Positions 41,795 to 51,497 are shown, numbered from the stretch's first letter. The stretch is DNA of 64,000 bases from Acidobacteriota bacterium (GCA_016871195.1 VFZN01000016.1:1115-65114), one strand, 5' to 3'. Notes: generated by a model not told the origin, from the sequence alone. Numbers and translations are program-made.

Positions 41795-42784
41795 ATGCGA
41801 CTGCTGCGTCCTGCATCCGCTGCCCTGGCTACGCTGCTGCTGGCCACCTCACTCGCCGCCCAGAACCCTGCCACGCTGCCGCCCGAGGAGCGTGCGGCCT
41901 TCGAGGCGCAGAACCGGGCACTCGACGAGACCGTCCGTTCGGCCCCGCGACTGCCGCTGGTGGCTGCGCCGCTGCCCCTCACCCCCCCGAAGCACCCCGA
42001 CTGGGCGCTCGGCATGGTGTCGTGGGTCGCCGCCGGCGCCGATGGGCTCACCTATCTGCTGCAGCGCGGCGCGCAAGCCGACCCGGTGCTGGTCGTCGAC
42101 CGCGGCGGCCGCATCGTCCGATCGTGGGGACGCGGACTTTATACGATGCCGCACGCCATCCGGGTCGATCCGCAGGGCGCTGTGTGGACCACCGATGCCG
42201 CCAGTTCGAAGGTGTTCAAGTTCAGCCCGACCGGCACACTGCTGATGACCATCGAGGTGGGTGGGCAGCCGTCGCCGTGCGGCGGGTTCTGCAGCACCAC
42301 CGACATTGCCTTTGCGGCCGACGGCCACCTGCTCATCGCCGACGGGTATCGCAACGCACGCATCCTCGAGTACACCGCGGAGGGGCAGAAGGTGCGCGAG
42401 TGGGGACGCGCGGGCACAGGCCCCGGCGAATTCCGCCTGCCGCATTCCATTCAGATTGACGCCCGCGGCACCATCTATGTGGCCGATCGCGAGAACGGCC
42501 GCATCCAGCGCTTCACGCGCGAGGGCACCTTCATCGGCGAGTGGAGGAATCTCGGCAAGACGTTCGGGCTGACGCTGGCCGGACCGACGCTGTGGCTCTC
42601 GACCATCCCCCGCGGTCCCAACACCGCGCCCGGCTGGCTGATGGCGGTCGACCCGGTCACGGGACGCGTCACAGGGCTCGTCGAGTCATCGGGGAATCAC
42701 GGCATGGCGGTGACGCCCGACGGCGACCTGCTGCTCGGCCCCGGGCCCGATCAGATACCGCAGCGGTACTCGCCCCGTCGCTAG
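41795..42784 (+). CDS. Secreted NHL-repeat propeller, PAL-like, paralogue 2
   Basis: Start is at MRLLRPASAALATLLLATSLAAQ. Motifs are MPHAIRVDPQGAVWTTDAASSKVFKF, FCSTTDIAFA, IADGYRNARILEY, FRLPHSIQID, VADRENGRIQRF and NHGMAVTPDG. Confidence 0.8.
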   Translation: MRLLRPASAALATLLLATSLAAQNPATLPPEERAAFEAQNRALDETVRSAPRLPLVAAPLPLTPPKHPDWALGMVSWVAAGADGLTYLLQRGAQADPVLVVDRGGRIVRSWGRGLYTMPHAIRVDPQGAVWTTDAASSKVFKFSPTGTLLMTIEVGGQPSPCGGFCSTTDIAFAADGHLLIADGYRNARILEYTAEGQKVREWGRAGTGPGEFRLPHSIQIDARGTIYVADRENGRIQRFTREGTFIGEWRNLGKTFGLTLAGPTLWLSTIPRGPNTAPGWLMAVDPVTGRVTGLVESSGNHGMAVTPDGDLLLGPGPDQIPQRYSPRR

Positions 42785-44280
42785 GCGGGGGGACGCGGGG
42801 CTGCTGCGAGTGCGCGCAGCACGGCCTCAGCCTCGGGCTGGCCTGCGCGTGCCGGTGCGCGACCCGGCTGGGCCGGGCGGGGCAGCGTCAGCGACAGCGG
42901 CGTCTGCCCCTGCGCATCCTGCGCGTCAATCACTGCGCCTTGAGCCACGAGCGCACGAATCACCCCGACATGACCATCAGCCGCCGCCAGATGCAGCGGC
43001 GTCTGCCCTCCGGGTCCGGCATCGCGGGGAGACGCTCCGGCATCGAGCAGCGCCTGCACCACCGCCTCGACATCGCGGCGGTCGCGGGGAATCAGCGGCG
43101 TGTCGGCGTCGGTGACATTCCATCGCACGAGATCAGACGGACGCGCTTCCCGTTCGACCATGGCACCGGCCGCCATCGTGAGCGGCGTGTGTCCGTCGGC
43201 GAGCCCCAGCGATGGATCAGCGCCTGCCGCGAGCAGCGTACGCACCAGCGTGACTTCGAGATAGGCCACCGCAAGCATGAGCGGGGTGGCCCCGCGCAGC
43301 GTGTGCGACAGGGCCCACTGCGACCCGAAACGCCGCACCGGGCTGCCCTGCCGCAGACGCGCATGCACATTGGCCCCGCGGGCCAGCAGCGCACGCACAG
43401 AGTCGTTATCGCCGCGCAGCACGGCCGCGTGCAGTGCGGTATAGCCGGCCCCATCGGCCTGCACGTCGGCACCGGCCTCGATCAGGCGACGAGCCGCCGT
43501 TCCGTGACCGTCAAACGCGGCCAGCACGAGGGCCGAACGTCCGTCGGCGGCCACATCGTTGGACGGCGCGCCATGCGCCAGCAGCACCTCGAGGGTCGGC
43601 ACATCACCTGACAGGGCCGCAAAGAGCAGCGGTGTCAGGCCGCCGGCGGTGACGCGGTGCGCATCTTGCCCCGACGTCTTCACGCTGCGGCTCGGGCCGC
43701 GGTCGAACATGACCACCAGCGGCCGCGTGAGCGAACGGGCGTGCACGGCGGCTCCCCTGGCGAGCAGGGCCTCGGCGGCTGCGCGGTGTCCACCGGAGGC
43801 CGCCCACATGAGGGCGGTCTGTCCACGCACCGGCTCGGTACGGCGCGGATCGGCACCGGCGTCGAGCAGCGCCCGCACGGCTGCGGCATCGCCGACGCGG
43901 GCGGCTTCCATGAGGGGATCGATGCCGGCCTCCGTCAGGGCGGTCGCCGATGCGCCGGCGTTCAGCAGGGTCTGCACAATCGCCGCATGGCCCGCCGCCG
44001 CGGCCAGGTGCAGCGGCGCCACGCCGAGATCGGTCACCGCACCCGCATCGGCGCCGGCGGCCAGCAGGCGCGAGACGATGGCGGTGTGGCCGGCGTGCGC
44101 GGCCCAGTGCAGCGCGGTGCTGCCGTCGGGCGCGGCAGCGCGCACCGACACGCCCTCGTTGAGCAGGCGCGTCACCGCGGCCGCATCGCCGTCGCGCGCG
44201 GCCGCCATCATCGGCGGCAGCGCAGGCGGTGCCGCGGCCCCGAGACCCACGGCCAGTGTCAGGACCAGAGCCGGCAGCAT
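42781..44280 (-). CDS. Secreted ankyrin-repeat protein (more than 10 ANK repeats)
   Basis: Signal MLPALVLTLAVGLGAAA, then reiterated G-TALHWAA--GH--IV--LL--GA units over the whole length. The start shares one nt with the upstream stop (TGATG). Confidence 0.8.
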   Translation of the reverse strand: MLPALVLTLAVGLGAAAPPALPPMMAAARDGDAAAVTRLLNEGVSVRAAAPDGSTALHWAAHAGHTAIVSRLLAAGADAGAVTDLGVAPLHLAAAAGHAAIVQTLLNAGASATALTEAGIDPLMEAARVGDAAAVRALLDAGADPRRTEPVRGQTALMWAASGGHRAAAEALLARGAAVHARSLTRPLVVMFDRGPSRSVKTSGQDAHRVTAGGLTPLLFAALSGDVPTLEVLLAHGAPSNDVAADGRSALVLAAFDGHGTAARRLIEAGADVQADGAGYTALHAAVLRGDNDSVRALLARGANVHARLRQGSPVRRFGSQWALSHTLRGATPLMLAVAYLEVTLVRTLLAAGADPSLGLADGHTPLTMAAGAMVEREARPSDLVRWNVTDADTPLIPRDRRDVEAVVQALLDAGASPRDAGPGGQTPLHLAAADGHVGVIRALVAQGAVIDAQDAQGQTPLSLTLPRPAQPGRAPARAGQPEAEAVLRALAAAPRPPA

Positions 44281-45596
44281 CAGTCGAACGACAGCGGCCC
44301 GGTGCTGTTGCCGTGTACGTCGATGCGTACGCCGAGGGTATCGAGCAGGCCGAGGTGCATATTGGCGAGCGGTGTGCCCTCGGCGTAGCGGACATGGCGG
44401 CCACCGCGAATCGTGCCGCTGCCCCCGCCCACGAGCAGCAGCGGCAGGTTGCGTGGCACGTGCCCATTGCCCTCGCTCATGCCCGCGCCGTACAGCAGCG
44501 TCACGTGATCGAGCAGCGACCCGTCGCCGTCAGGTGTGTCGCGCAACCGGTTCACATACTCGGCGAAGAGCGACACGTGATAGTGGTTGATGCGCGCGCA
44601 CTTGTCCATGCGCACCGGGTCGCGCTGGTGATGCGAAATGGGATGGTGCGCATCGGGCACGCCGATTTCCGGATAGGTGCGGCCGCTGAACTCGCGCCCC
44701 AGCATGAAGGTCGTCACGCGCGTCACGTCACCCTGGTAGGCCAGCAGCTGCAGGTCGAACATGAGCCGCGCATGCTCGGCAAAGCTCTCGGGCACACCCG
44801 CCGGGCGATCGAATCGCGGCAGTGTGATGTTCTCGGTCATCGTCCGCTGGATGCGGCGCTCGACGTCGCGCACACTGTCGAGATAGGTGCCGAGCGTGAC
44901 GCGATCGGCCGCAGCGACGCGGCTGCGCAGCCCGGAGATCTCGCCCACGAGCGAGTCGAGCAGGCTGCCCTTGAGCTGCAGGCGCGTGGCCTGATCGGCC
45001 GCGCCGTCGCCGAACATGCGCGCAAACACCACGCCGGGGTCTCGCTCCATCGGCAGCGGCGCCGTCGGGCCGGCCCACGCAATCGTGCCGGTGTACACGC
45101 AGCTGCGGCCGAAATCGCACGACATCCCTGAGTCGACCGACTCGAGCGCCAGCTCGAGCGACGGCAGCAGCGCGTCGGCGCTGAGCGTGCGGGCGGCCAC
45201 CTGATCAATCGAGACACCCGCGCGCAGCGTACGGCTCGGGGTGACATCGGTCAGGAACCGCGTGCTGGCGTCGGCGTGATTGTTGAACTGGCGCTCGCCC
45301 GGCGGCGCCGGCGGCAGACTGTCGAGTCCGCTCAACACCAGCAGGCGATCGCGGACCGGCGCCAGGGGCATCAGCGTGGGTGACAGTGTGAAGCTGCTGC
45401 CCGTGTCTGCCGGAAACCACTGTCCCGGAATGACCCCGTTCGGCACATACACCACACCGAAGCGGCGCCGGGGCGAAGCCACCGTCTGCGCCAGCGGGGT
45501 CAATGCCGGCACCATGGCATCGAGCAGCGGCAGCGGCAAGGCGGCCCCGAGGCTGCGCAGCAGCGTGCGACGCGAAAGTGCTTTCTTCATGATCAT
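44280..45596 (-). CDS. DUF1552 (HXXSHH) family protein with Tat-like leader
   Basis: Start is at MIMKKALSRRTLLRSLGAALPLPLL. It carries the HHPISHH motif. The ATGA overlap with the upstream DUF1592 gene is at 45593-45596. Confidence 0.8.
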   Translation of the reverse strand: MIMKKALSRRTLLRSLGAALPLPLLDAMVPALTPLAQTVASPRRRFGVVYVPNGVIPGQWFPADTGSSFTLSPTLMPLAPVRDRLLVLSGLDSLPPAPPGERQFNNHADASTRFLTDVTPSRTLRAGVSIDQVAARTLSADALLPSLELALESVDSGMSCDFGRSCVYTGTIAWAGPTAPLPMERDPGVVFARMFGDGAADQATRLQLKGSLLDSLVGEISGLRSRVAAADRVTLGTYLDSVRDVERRIQRTMTENITLPRFDRPAGVPESFAEHARLMFDLQLLAYQGDVTRVTTFMLGREFSGRTYPEIGVPDAHHPISHHQRDPVRMDKCARINHYHVSLFAEYVNRLRDTPDGDGSLLDHVTLLYGAGMSEGNGHVPRNLPLLLVGGGSGTIRGGRHVRYAEGTPLANMHLGLLDTLGVRIDVHGNSTGPLSFD

Positions 45597-48037
45597 GATG
45601 ACGCCCGGCTCCTCATCTGAAATGGCACGCTGCTCACCACGGCCCGCACCAGGGCCGACCATCGATCGCCCCCGGCGAGCGTGGCCTCGGCAATGGCCCG
45701 CACCGCCGGCTGATCGTGCACCGTCAACTGGCGCCCGATGGCATAGGTCAGCATGCGTGCGGCCAGTGTCATGCGCAGCCCGTCGGCGCGTGACAGCACG
45801 AATCGCCGCAGTCCGACTACGCCGCTGATCGGCGTGCCATCGGCAAACACCGCCGAGGCATCGACCGGCTGCCCCAGCGTGTGCGTGCGCACACGCCCGA
45901 TGGCGTCGAACTGCTCGAGGGAAAACCCGAGCGGATCCATCCGCGCATGACACGACGCACAGGCCGGGTTGCGGCGATGCTGTTCCATCTGCGCCCGCAT
46001 CGTCAGGGGACGTCCGTCCTCGTCGGTCGCCGCCAGATCGGGAATGTCGGGCGGCGGTGGAGGCGGAGGCATGCCGAGCAACGTGTCGAGAATCCAGGTG
46101 CCGCGCAGCACCGGTGTAGTGCGATCGGGATACGACGTCGCCAGCAGCATCGCGCCGAGCCCGAGTACGCCGCCGCGCACCCCGTCGGTGAACGTGTGCC
46201 GGCGATACAGGTCGGTGTGCATGCCGCTGATGCCGTAGTGGTCCGCGAGGCGTGCATTGATGAACGAATAGTCGGCCGACACCAGCTCGGTGACGGGCCG
46301 GTCATCACGCAGCTGGCTGCCGAGGAAGCGCCGGGCTTCCTCGAGCAGCGCCCGTCTGAGGTTTTCGTCGAACTCGGGGAAGACATTCGCATCAGGCAGC
46401 GCGGCCTCGACCTTCCGAAGCCCGAGCCACTGAAATGCAAAGTTGGTGACGAGCGCCTCGGCCTTCGGATCGGCCAGCATCCGCCGCACCTGCGCATCGA
46501 GAGTGGCGGGCGTCGACAGCTGCCCGCGCTCGACGAGCCGCAGCAATGACTCGTCCGGCACGCTGCTCCAGAGGAAGAACGACAGCCGCGAGGCGAGATC
46601 GCCGTCGCTCAGCCGATAAGCGGCGGTTGCCTCGCCGCCGACCGGATCGTGCTCGAGGCGGAAGAGGAAGGGCACGCTCACCAGCAGCCGCTCGAGCGCG
46701 GCCTGCACGCCGGCCTCGAACCCGCCGCGGGTGGCGCCCTGCTCATAGAACGCCAGCAGGGGTGCCAGATCATCGGCGCCCACGCGACGCCGGTATGCGC
46801 GCCGCGCCACCTGCGAAAGAATGCGCTCGGCGCAGGCGCGCGCCGGCAGCGTCGGCGACGGTCGGCACACAAACAGGGTGCGCCGGCTCGGCGTGTCACC
46901 CGCCGGGCCCGGGCGCTGCGGACCAATCACGGTCACGGCATCCACAGCGGCCAGTCCGTCGTACTGCTCGTCAGACCCGCGACCGAAGTCGACGGCCAGC
47001 GGCTGCGCAACGCTGTCAGACACCCACGGCGTGTCGACGAAGGTCACCGACACCTCGTGCGGACCGGCCCCGACTGCCGTGCTCACCGCCAGGTCGCGGT
47101 CGGCGGCGTGCATGTAGAGCTCCCACGGCGTCTCGCCGACAATTTCACCGTTCCACGTCAGCGGACCGGGCAGACCCGGCGCCGCACCACCGACCCGCAG
47201 GCGTCCGACGCGGCGCCTGTCGATGCGCACGTCGAGTGTCTGCGGCGTCCCCAGGCCGATGATGTAGTCGTACACCTGCCGTCGCAGACGCACCGCGATG
47301 CGATAGTCGCCATCCGCGGGAAAATGATGCGTGACCGTCGCTCCTCCGCGCGAGCCAAACGGCTGCGCCGCATCGACGCGGCTGTCCTGCTCGAGCAGCC
47401 TGGGCACGCGATACGACACCGCGGCCGGTGTCGCCGACAGTGATGCATCACCCACCGCCAGGCGGCTGATGTCGCGCGCGGCGGTCAGGTAGCGTTCGAG
47501 ATGTGCGGGCGACAGGGTGAGGCTGGCCGCCACGTTGTCAAAGCCCTCGTCGGCCTCGTCGGGCAGCAGCAGCGCCCGCGTGTCGACCTCGAGGCCGAAC
47601 ACATCGCGCACCGCGTTCGCGTATTCCGCACGATTGAGGCGGTGGGCGCCGGTGCGGCCCGGCCTCGGGTGCTGCCGGGCCTGCGCATCGAGCGCATCGG
47701 TTAGGGTGCGCTGCACCTCGACCGTCCACCCGGCATCGGGCCGCGGGCGTGACGGCGGGGGCATCTGCCCCGTGCGCAGCTTGTGCAGCACGGGTTCCCA
47801 GAGTTCCGGGTGCTGCGCGGCCTCGCTGGCACGCGCGCCGGTCAGGCTGAACCCACCCACGCGGGCGCGATCGTTGTGACACGACAGGCAGTGGTCCTGC
47901 ACATAGCCGTCGGCGGTTCGAGGCGCAGCGGCAGGCAACGGTGGCGTCAGCGCCTGCCCGCGCGTGGCCGCGTGCGTGAGCGACAGCACCAGCCCGACGA
48001 CCAGGGCGCCCGGAATGAGAGAATCGCGGGCTCTCAT
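45593..48037 (-). CDS. DUF1592/DUF1588/DUF1585-type large secreted protein with CxxCH motifs (planctomycete-type PSD/PSCyt architecture)
   Basis: Start is at MRARDSLIPGALVVGLVLSL. CLSCH lies near the N-terminus and NPACASCHARMDPLGF near the C-terminus. The ~814-aa length and pairing with DUF1552 are typical of the family. Confidence 0.75.
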   Translation of the reverse strand: MRARDSLIPGALVVGLVLSLTHAATRGQALTPPLPAAAPRTADGYVQDHCLSCHNDRARVGGFSLTGARASEAAQHPELWEPVLHKLRTGQMPPPSRPRPDAGWTVEVQRTLTDALDAQARQHPRPGRTGAHRLNRAEYANAVRDVFGLEVDTRALLLPDEADEGFDNVAASLTLSPAHLERYLTAARDISRLAVGDASLSATPAAVSYRVPRLLEQDSRVDAAQPFGSRGGATVTHHFPADGDYRIAVRLRRQVYDYIIGLGTPQTLDVRIDRRRVGRLRVGGAAPGLPGPLTWNGEIVGETPWELYMHAADRDLAVSTAVGAGPHEVSVTFVDTPWVSDSVAQPLAVDFGRGSDEQYDGLAAVDAVTVIGPQRPGPAGDTPSRRTLFVCRPSPTLPARACAERILSQVARRAYRRRVGADDLAPLLAFYEQGATRGGFEAGVQAALERLLVSVPFLFRLEHDPVGGEATAAYRLSDGDLASRLSFFLWSSVPDESLLRLVERGQLSTPATLDAQVRRMLADPKAEALVTNFAFQWLGLRKVEAALPDANVFPEFDENLRRALLEEARRFLGSQLRDDRPVTELVSADYSFINARLADHYGISGMHTDLYRRHTFTDGVRGGVLGLGAMLLATSYPDRTTPVLRGTWILDTLLGMPPPPPPPDIPDLAATDEDGRPLTMRAQMEQHRRNPACASCHARMDPLGFSLEQFDAIGRVRTHTLGQPVDASAVFADGTPISGVVGLRRFVLSRADGLRMTLAARMLTYAIGRQLTVHDQPAVRAIAEATLAGGDRWSALVRAVVSSVPFQMRSRASS

Positions 48038-48060
48038 GGGCCGCGAGTGTAGCAGAAGAC

Positions 48061-49326
48061 TCAGGCCGGCAGGCGCGCGACGAGCACCTTGTCGATGCGC
48101 CGGCCATCCATGTCGACCACCTCGAAGCGGTGGCCTTCCCATTCGCAGAGATCCGCTGTGTGCGGCACATGCCCGAGCCGCGCCATGATAAATCCACCGA
48201 GTGTGTGGTACGCGCCGGTTTCATCCTCAGGCAGCGCATCGAGCCCGAGGCGGTCGAGCACCTGTTCGATGGGGGCCGACCCGTCGATGAGCCACGAGCC
48301 GTCGGCGCGCTGCACGAAGAACCCGGCCGCCTCGCTGACGTCGGCCGGCATGTGCCCCACCAGCGCCTCGAGCATGTCGGTCACGGTGACGAGGCCTTCC
48401 ACGGCCCCGAACTCGTCCATCACGAGACCGAGGTGCGTGTGCGACTTGCGGAACGCCTCGAGCAGCTGCACCGCCGGCATCGAGTCGGGCACAAACAGCG
48501 CATCGCGTGTCAGGGCCCGCAGGTTGATGTCTTCGCCCCGCATCGCCCGCGGCAGCAGCTCGGCCGCGCGCACAAACCCGAGCACATTGTCGAGCCCGCC
48601 CTGACAGACGACAAAGTGCGTGTGCGCATGACTCGCCAGAAATGCACGCAGTTCGTCGGACGTGGCGTCAACATCAATCCATTCGATGTCGGGCCGCGGC
48701 GTCATGATGGCCGCCACCCGCTGGTCGCCGAGCTGCAGCACGCGCTGCACAATCGACTCTTCCTCGGCCTCGAGCACGCCGCTTTCAGCCCCCTGGCTGA
48801 TCACAGCCTTGATCTCTTCTTCCGTGAGGTGAGACTCGGCCTGCTCTCTCACGCCAATCAGGCGCAGCACCAGCCGCGTGGTGCCGGTCAGCAGCGAGAC
48901 AAACGGGCCGCCGAGCGTCGCGAGGCCGCCCATGGGCCTCGCCACCCACGACGCGATGGTCTCAGGCCAGGTCAGCGCAATGTTCTTCGGCACCAGCTCG
49001 CCGATGACCAGCGACAGGAAGGCGATGACGGTCACCACCAGCGTCAGCGCGATGCCTTCGGCATAGGGGGCCAGCTGGGGAACCGCGCCGATTTCCAGGG
49101 CAAGGGGCTCGGCCAGCTCGGCGCCGCCGTAGGCACCCGCCAGAATACCCACCAGCGTGATGCCGACCTGCACGGTCGACAGGAACTGCGCCGGATGCGT
49201 CGCCAGCGCCAGCGCGGCTTTCGCACGCGCATCGCCTTCGTCAGCGCGCTGCTGCAGGCGCACCTTGCGCGCCGCGACGACCGCCATCTCGGACATGGCG
49301 AACACCCCGTTGGCGAGGATGAGCAC
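48061..49326 (-). CDS. CNNM/HlyC/CorC-family membrane protein (DUF21 + CBS pair + CorC_HlyC)
   Basis: Shows NGVFAMSEMAVV (DUF21), a central CBS region and a C-terminal CorC-type domain. The start is uncertain: the in-frame upstream codons encode SGIAFELIVILV but contain no ATG/GTG/TTG. Confidence 0.8.
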   Translation of the reverse strand: MLILANGVFAMSEMAVVAARKVRLQQRADEGDARAKAALALATHPAQFLSTVQVGITLVGILAGAYGGAELAEPLALEIGAVPQLAPYAEGIALTLVVTVIAFLSLVIGELVPKNIALTWPETIASWVARPMGGLATLGGPFVSLLTGTTRLVLRLIGVREQAESHLTEEEIKAVISQGAESGVLEAEEESIVQRVLQLGDQRVAAIMTPRPDIEWIDVDATSDELRAFLASHAHTHFVVCQGGLDNVLGFVRAAELLPRAMRGEDINLRALTRDALFVPDSMPAVQLLEAFRKSHTHLGLVMDEFGAVEGLVTVTDMLEALVGHMPADVSEAAGFFVQRADGSWLIDGSAPIEQVLDRLGLDALPEDETGAYHTLGGFIMARLGHVPHTADLCEWEGHRFEVVDMDGRRIDKVLVARLPA

Positions 49327-49391
49327 GAGGATGACGATCAGTTCGAACGCGATGCCCGATTTTACCGCATCGCTCCGCCTATACTGCCGAC

Positions 49392-51485
49392 ATGGTTCGA
49401 GCCCGACTGCTTGCCTGCGTTTTCACACTGGCGTCCGCCTCCGCCCTGCACGCGCAGGCCCTCACGCCGTGGACCTCTGCCGATCACCGCGCCCTGCAGT
49501 CGGTCGCCGACGTCCAGCTCTCGCCCACAGGCACCGAGGTGGCCTACGCGCTCGTCTCGAACGATGCGCCCGGACGTCCCACCAGGCGCACCCTCATCCG
49601 TGACCTCGCCACCGGACAGACACGCACCCTGACCGGGGCCTCCGGCGCACGTTGGTCGCCCGACGGCCAGCAGCTGGCCTATATCGGCCGCACCGACGAA
49701 GGGGCCGGACTCGTCGTGATCGATCGCCTCGGCACCCGGCCGCGCCTGCTGGCACCGGTCGGCGGCACCAACCATCCGCTGCCCTCGTCCGGCGAGCGCC
49801 TGTCGTGGTCGCCCGACGGGCGACGCCTCGTGTTTGTCTCGGCCGTCGACGGTCCCGAGGGCGCAGCGGCACCGGATCAGGATCCGATGGTCATCACGCG
49901 CTATCTCTACAAGCCCACCGCCAGCGAAGGGCTGACGCGCTTCAACGACAACCGCCGCACCCATCTCTTCATCGTCGACGTGGCAACCCGTGCCGTGCGG
50001 CAGATTACCGACGGACCGCACTACGAGCACTCGGTGCAGTGGTCGCCGACCGGCACACGCATTCTGTTTGTGTCGAACCGCGAGCCGGATGCCGATCGGG
50101 TCTTCAACTACGACATCTTCACGGTCGACGCCGACACGGGTGCCACCGAGCGCCTGACGCAGACCAGAAGCGCCGAGTACGCCCCCTCGTGGTCGCCCGA
50201 CGGCACGCGCATCGCATTCTCGGGAACGACGCGCGCGCTCACCTCGTCGGAAACGACGAAGGAAGACACCCATGTGTGGGTGATGCGTGCCGACGGCACA
50301 GAACGCCTCGAACTGGGCCGCGCCATCGACAATCGGCAAGGTGTGCCGCAGTGGTCGCCCGACGGACGCCGGCTGTACTTCACGCTGCAGGAACACGGGC
50401 GCGTGCACCTGATGGCCCTCGATGCCACCGCCACCGCACCGCCCGCCTCGGCCACGATGATCGTACGGGCCGAGGGCACGGTGACCAGCGTGTCGGTGGG
50501 ACGCACGCAACTGCTGCTGGCGATGAGCACCCCGCAGAGCCCGGCCGAACTCTATGCCGCCCCCGTTCCCTCGACGGCGGCGGCCCGTAACACGGCGGCG
50601 TCACCGGCCAGTCAGCAGGCTGACGCCGATCGCCCTCGCGCACTCACCTCGGTCAATGCCGCACTGCTGCAGGCACACCCCCTCGCGCGCGTCGAGTCGC
50701 TGACCTTCATCAACGAGGGTCTGCAGGTGGAAGCCTTCCTGACGCGTCCCGCACAGACCATCGACACCGCACCGGCCAGTGTGCCGCTGGTCGTGATGAT
50801 TCACGGCGGACCGCACGGGCAGCAGGGCCCGGCCTTCAACCACAAGGCACAGGTCTATGCCGCGCAGGGCTGGGCCACGCTGATGGTCAACTATCGCGGA
50901 TCGACGGGCTATGGCCAGGCCTTTGCCGATGCGATCTTCCGTGACCAGAACGGCGCCGAAGCCCGCGACGTGCTGGCCGGCCTCGACGCGGCCCTGGCGC
51001 GGCATCCGTGGCTCGACGCATCGCGGCTGGCCGTCGAAGGCGGCAGCTATGGCGGGCAACTCACCAACTGGCTGGTCACCCAGACCGAGCGCTTCCGTGC
51101 GGCCGTGCCGAGCGCCGGCATCTCGAACCTCGTCACGCAGAACTATCTCGCCTATTACCACGACTATCTTGCAGTCGAGTACGGCGACTTTCCCCACAAG
51201 GACGGCATCATCGACATGCTGTGGGAACGCTCACCGATTCGCCTTGCCCATCGCGTCAAAACGCCGGTGCTTTTCCTGCACGGCGAGTACGACAACGATG
51301 TCCCGATCGAAGAAGCCGAACAGTTCTATATCGCGCTACACGATGTCGGCACGCGCACCGTCATGGTGCGGTACCCGCGCGAGGGGCACGGGCTGCAGGA
51401 AGCCCGCCACATCATTGATGCCCTCGACCGGTCAATCGCGTGGTATCGCGAACACTTCCGGCCCGCCTCGTCTCCACTGCACTAA
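49392..51485 (+). CDS. S9-family serine peptidase with N-terminal PD40/TolB-like propeller
   Basis: Signal peptide, repeated WSPDG motifs, the nucleophile elbow GGSYGG, and the catalytic Asp/His region (GEYDNDVP, REGHGL). Confidence 0.85.
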   Translation: MVRARLLACVFTLASASALHAQALTPWTSADHRALQSVADVQLSPTGTEVAYALVSNDAPGRPTRRTLIRDLATGQTRTLTGASGARWSPDGQQLAYIGRTDEGAGLVVIDRLGTRPRLLAPVGGTNHPLPSSGERLSWSPDGRRLVFVSAVDGPEGAAAPDQDPMVITRYLYKPTASEGLTRFNDNRRTHLFIVDVATRAVRQITDGPHYEHSVQWSPTGTRILFVSNREPDADRVFNYDIFTVDADTGATERLTQTRSAEYAPSWSPDGTRIAFSGTTRALTSSETTKEDTHVWVMRADGTERLELGRAIDNRQGVPQWSPDGRRLYFTLQEHGRVHLMALDATATAPPASATMIVRAEGTVTSVSVGRTQLLLAMSTPQSPAELYAAPVPSTAAARNTAASPASQQADADRPRALTSVNAALLQAHPLARVESLTFINEGLQVEAFLTRPAQTIDTAPASVPLVVMIHGGPHGQQGPAFNHKAQVYAAQGWATLMVNYRGSTGYGQAFADAIFRDQNGAEARDVLAGLDAALARHPWLDASRLAVEGGSYGGQLTNWLVTQTERFRAAVPSAGISNLVTQNYLAYYHDYLAVEYGDFPHKDGIIDMLWERSPIRLAHRVKTPVLFLHGEYDNDVPIEEAEQFYIALHDVGTRTVMVRYPREGHGLQEARHIIDALDRSIAWYREHFRPASSPLH

Positions 51486-51497
51486 ACTCGAACGACG

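Noticed and set aside
42781-42784. Overlapping or abutting convergent stop codons forming palindromes (CTAG here; TGATCA at 32181-32186)
   Set aside because: These are most simply explained as chance consequences of compact gene packing. There is no evidence of function.
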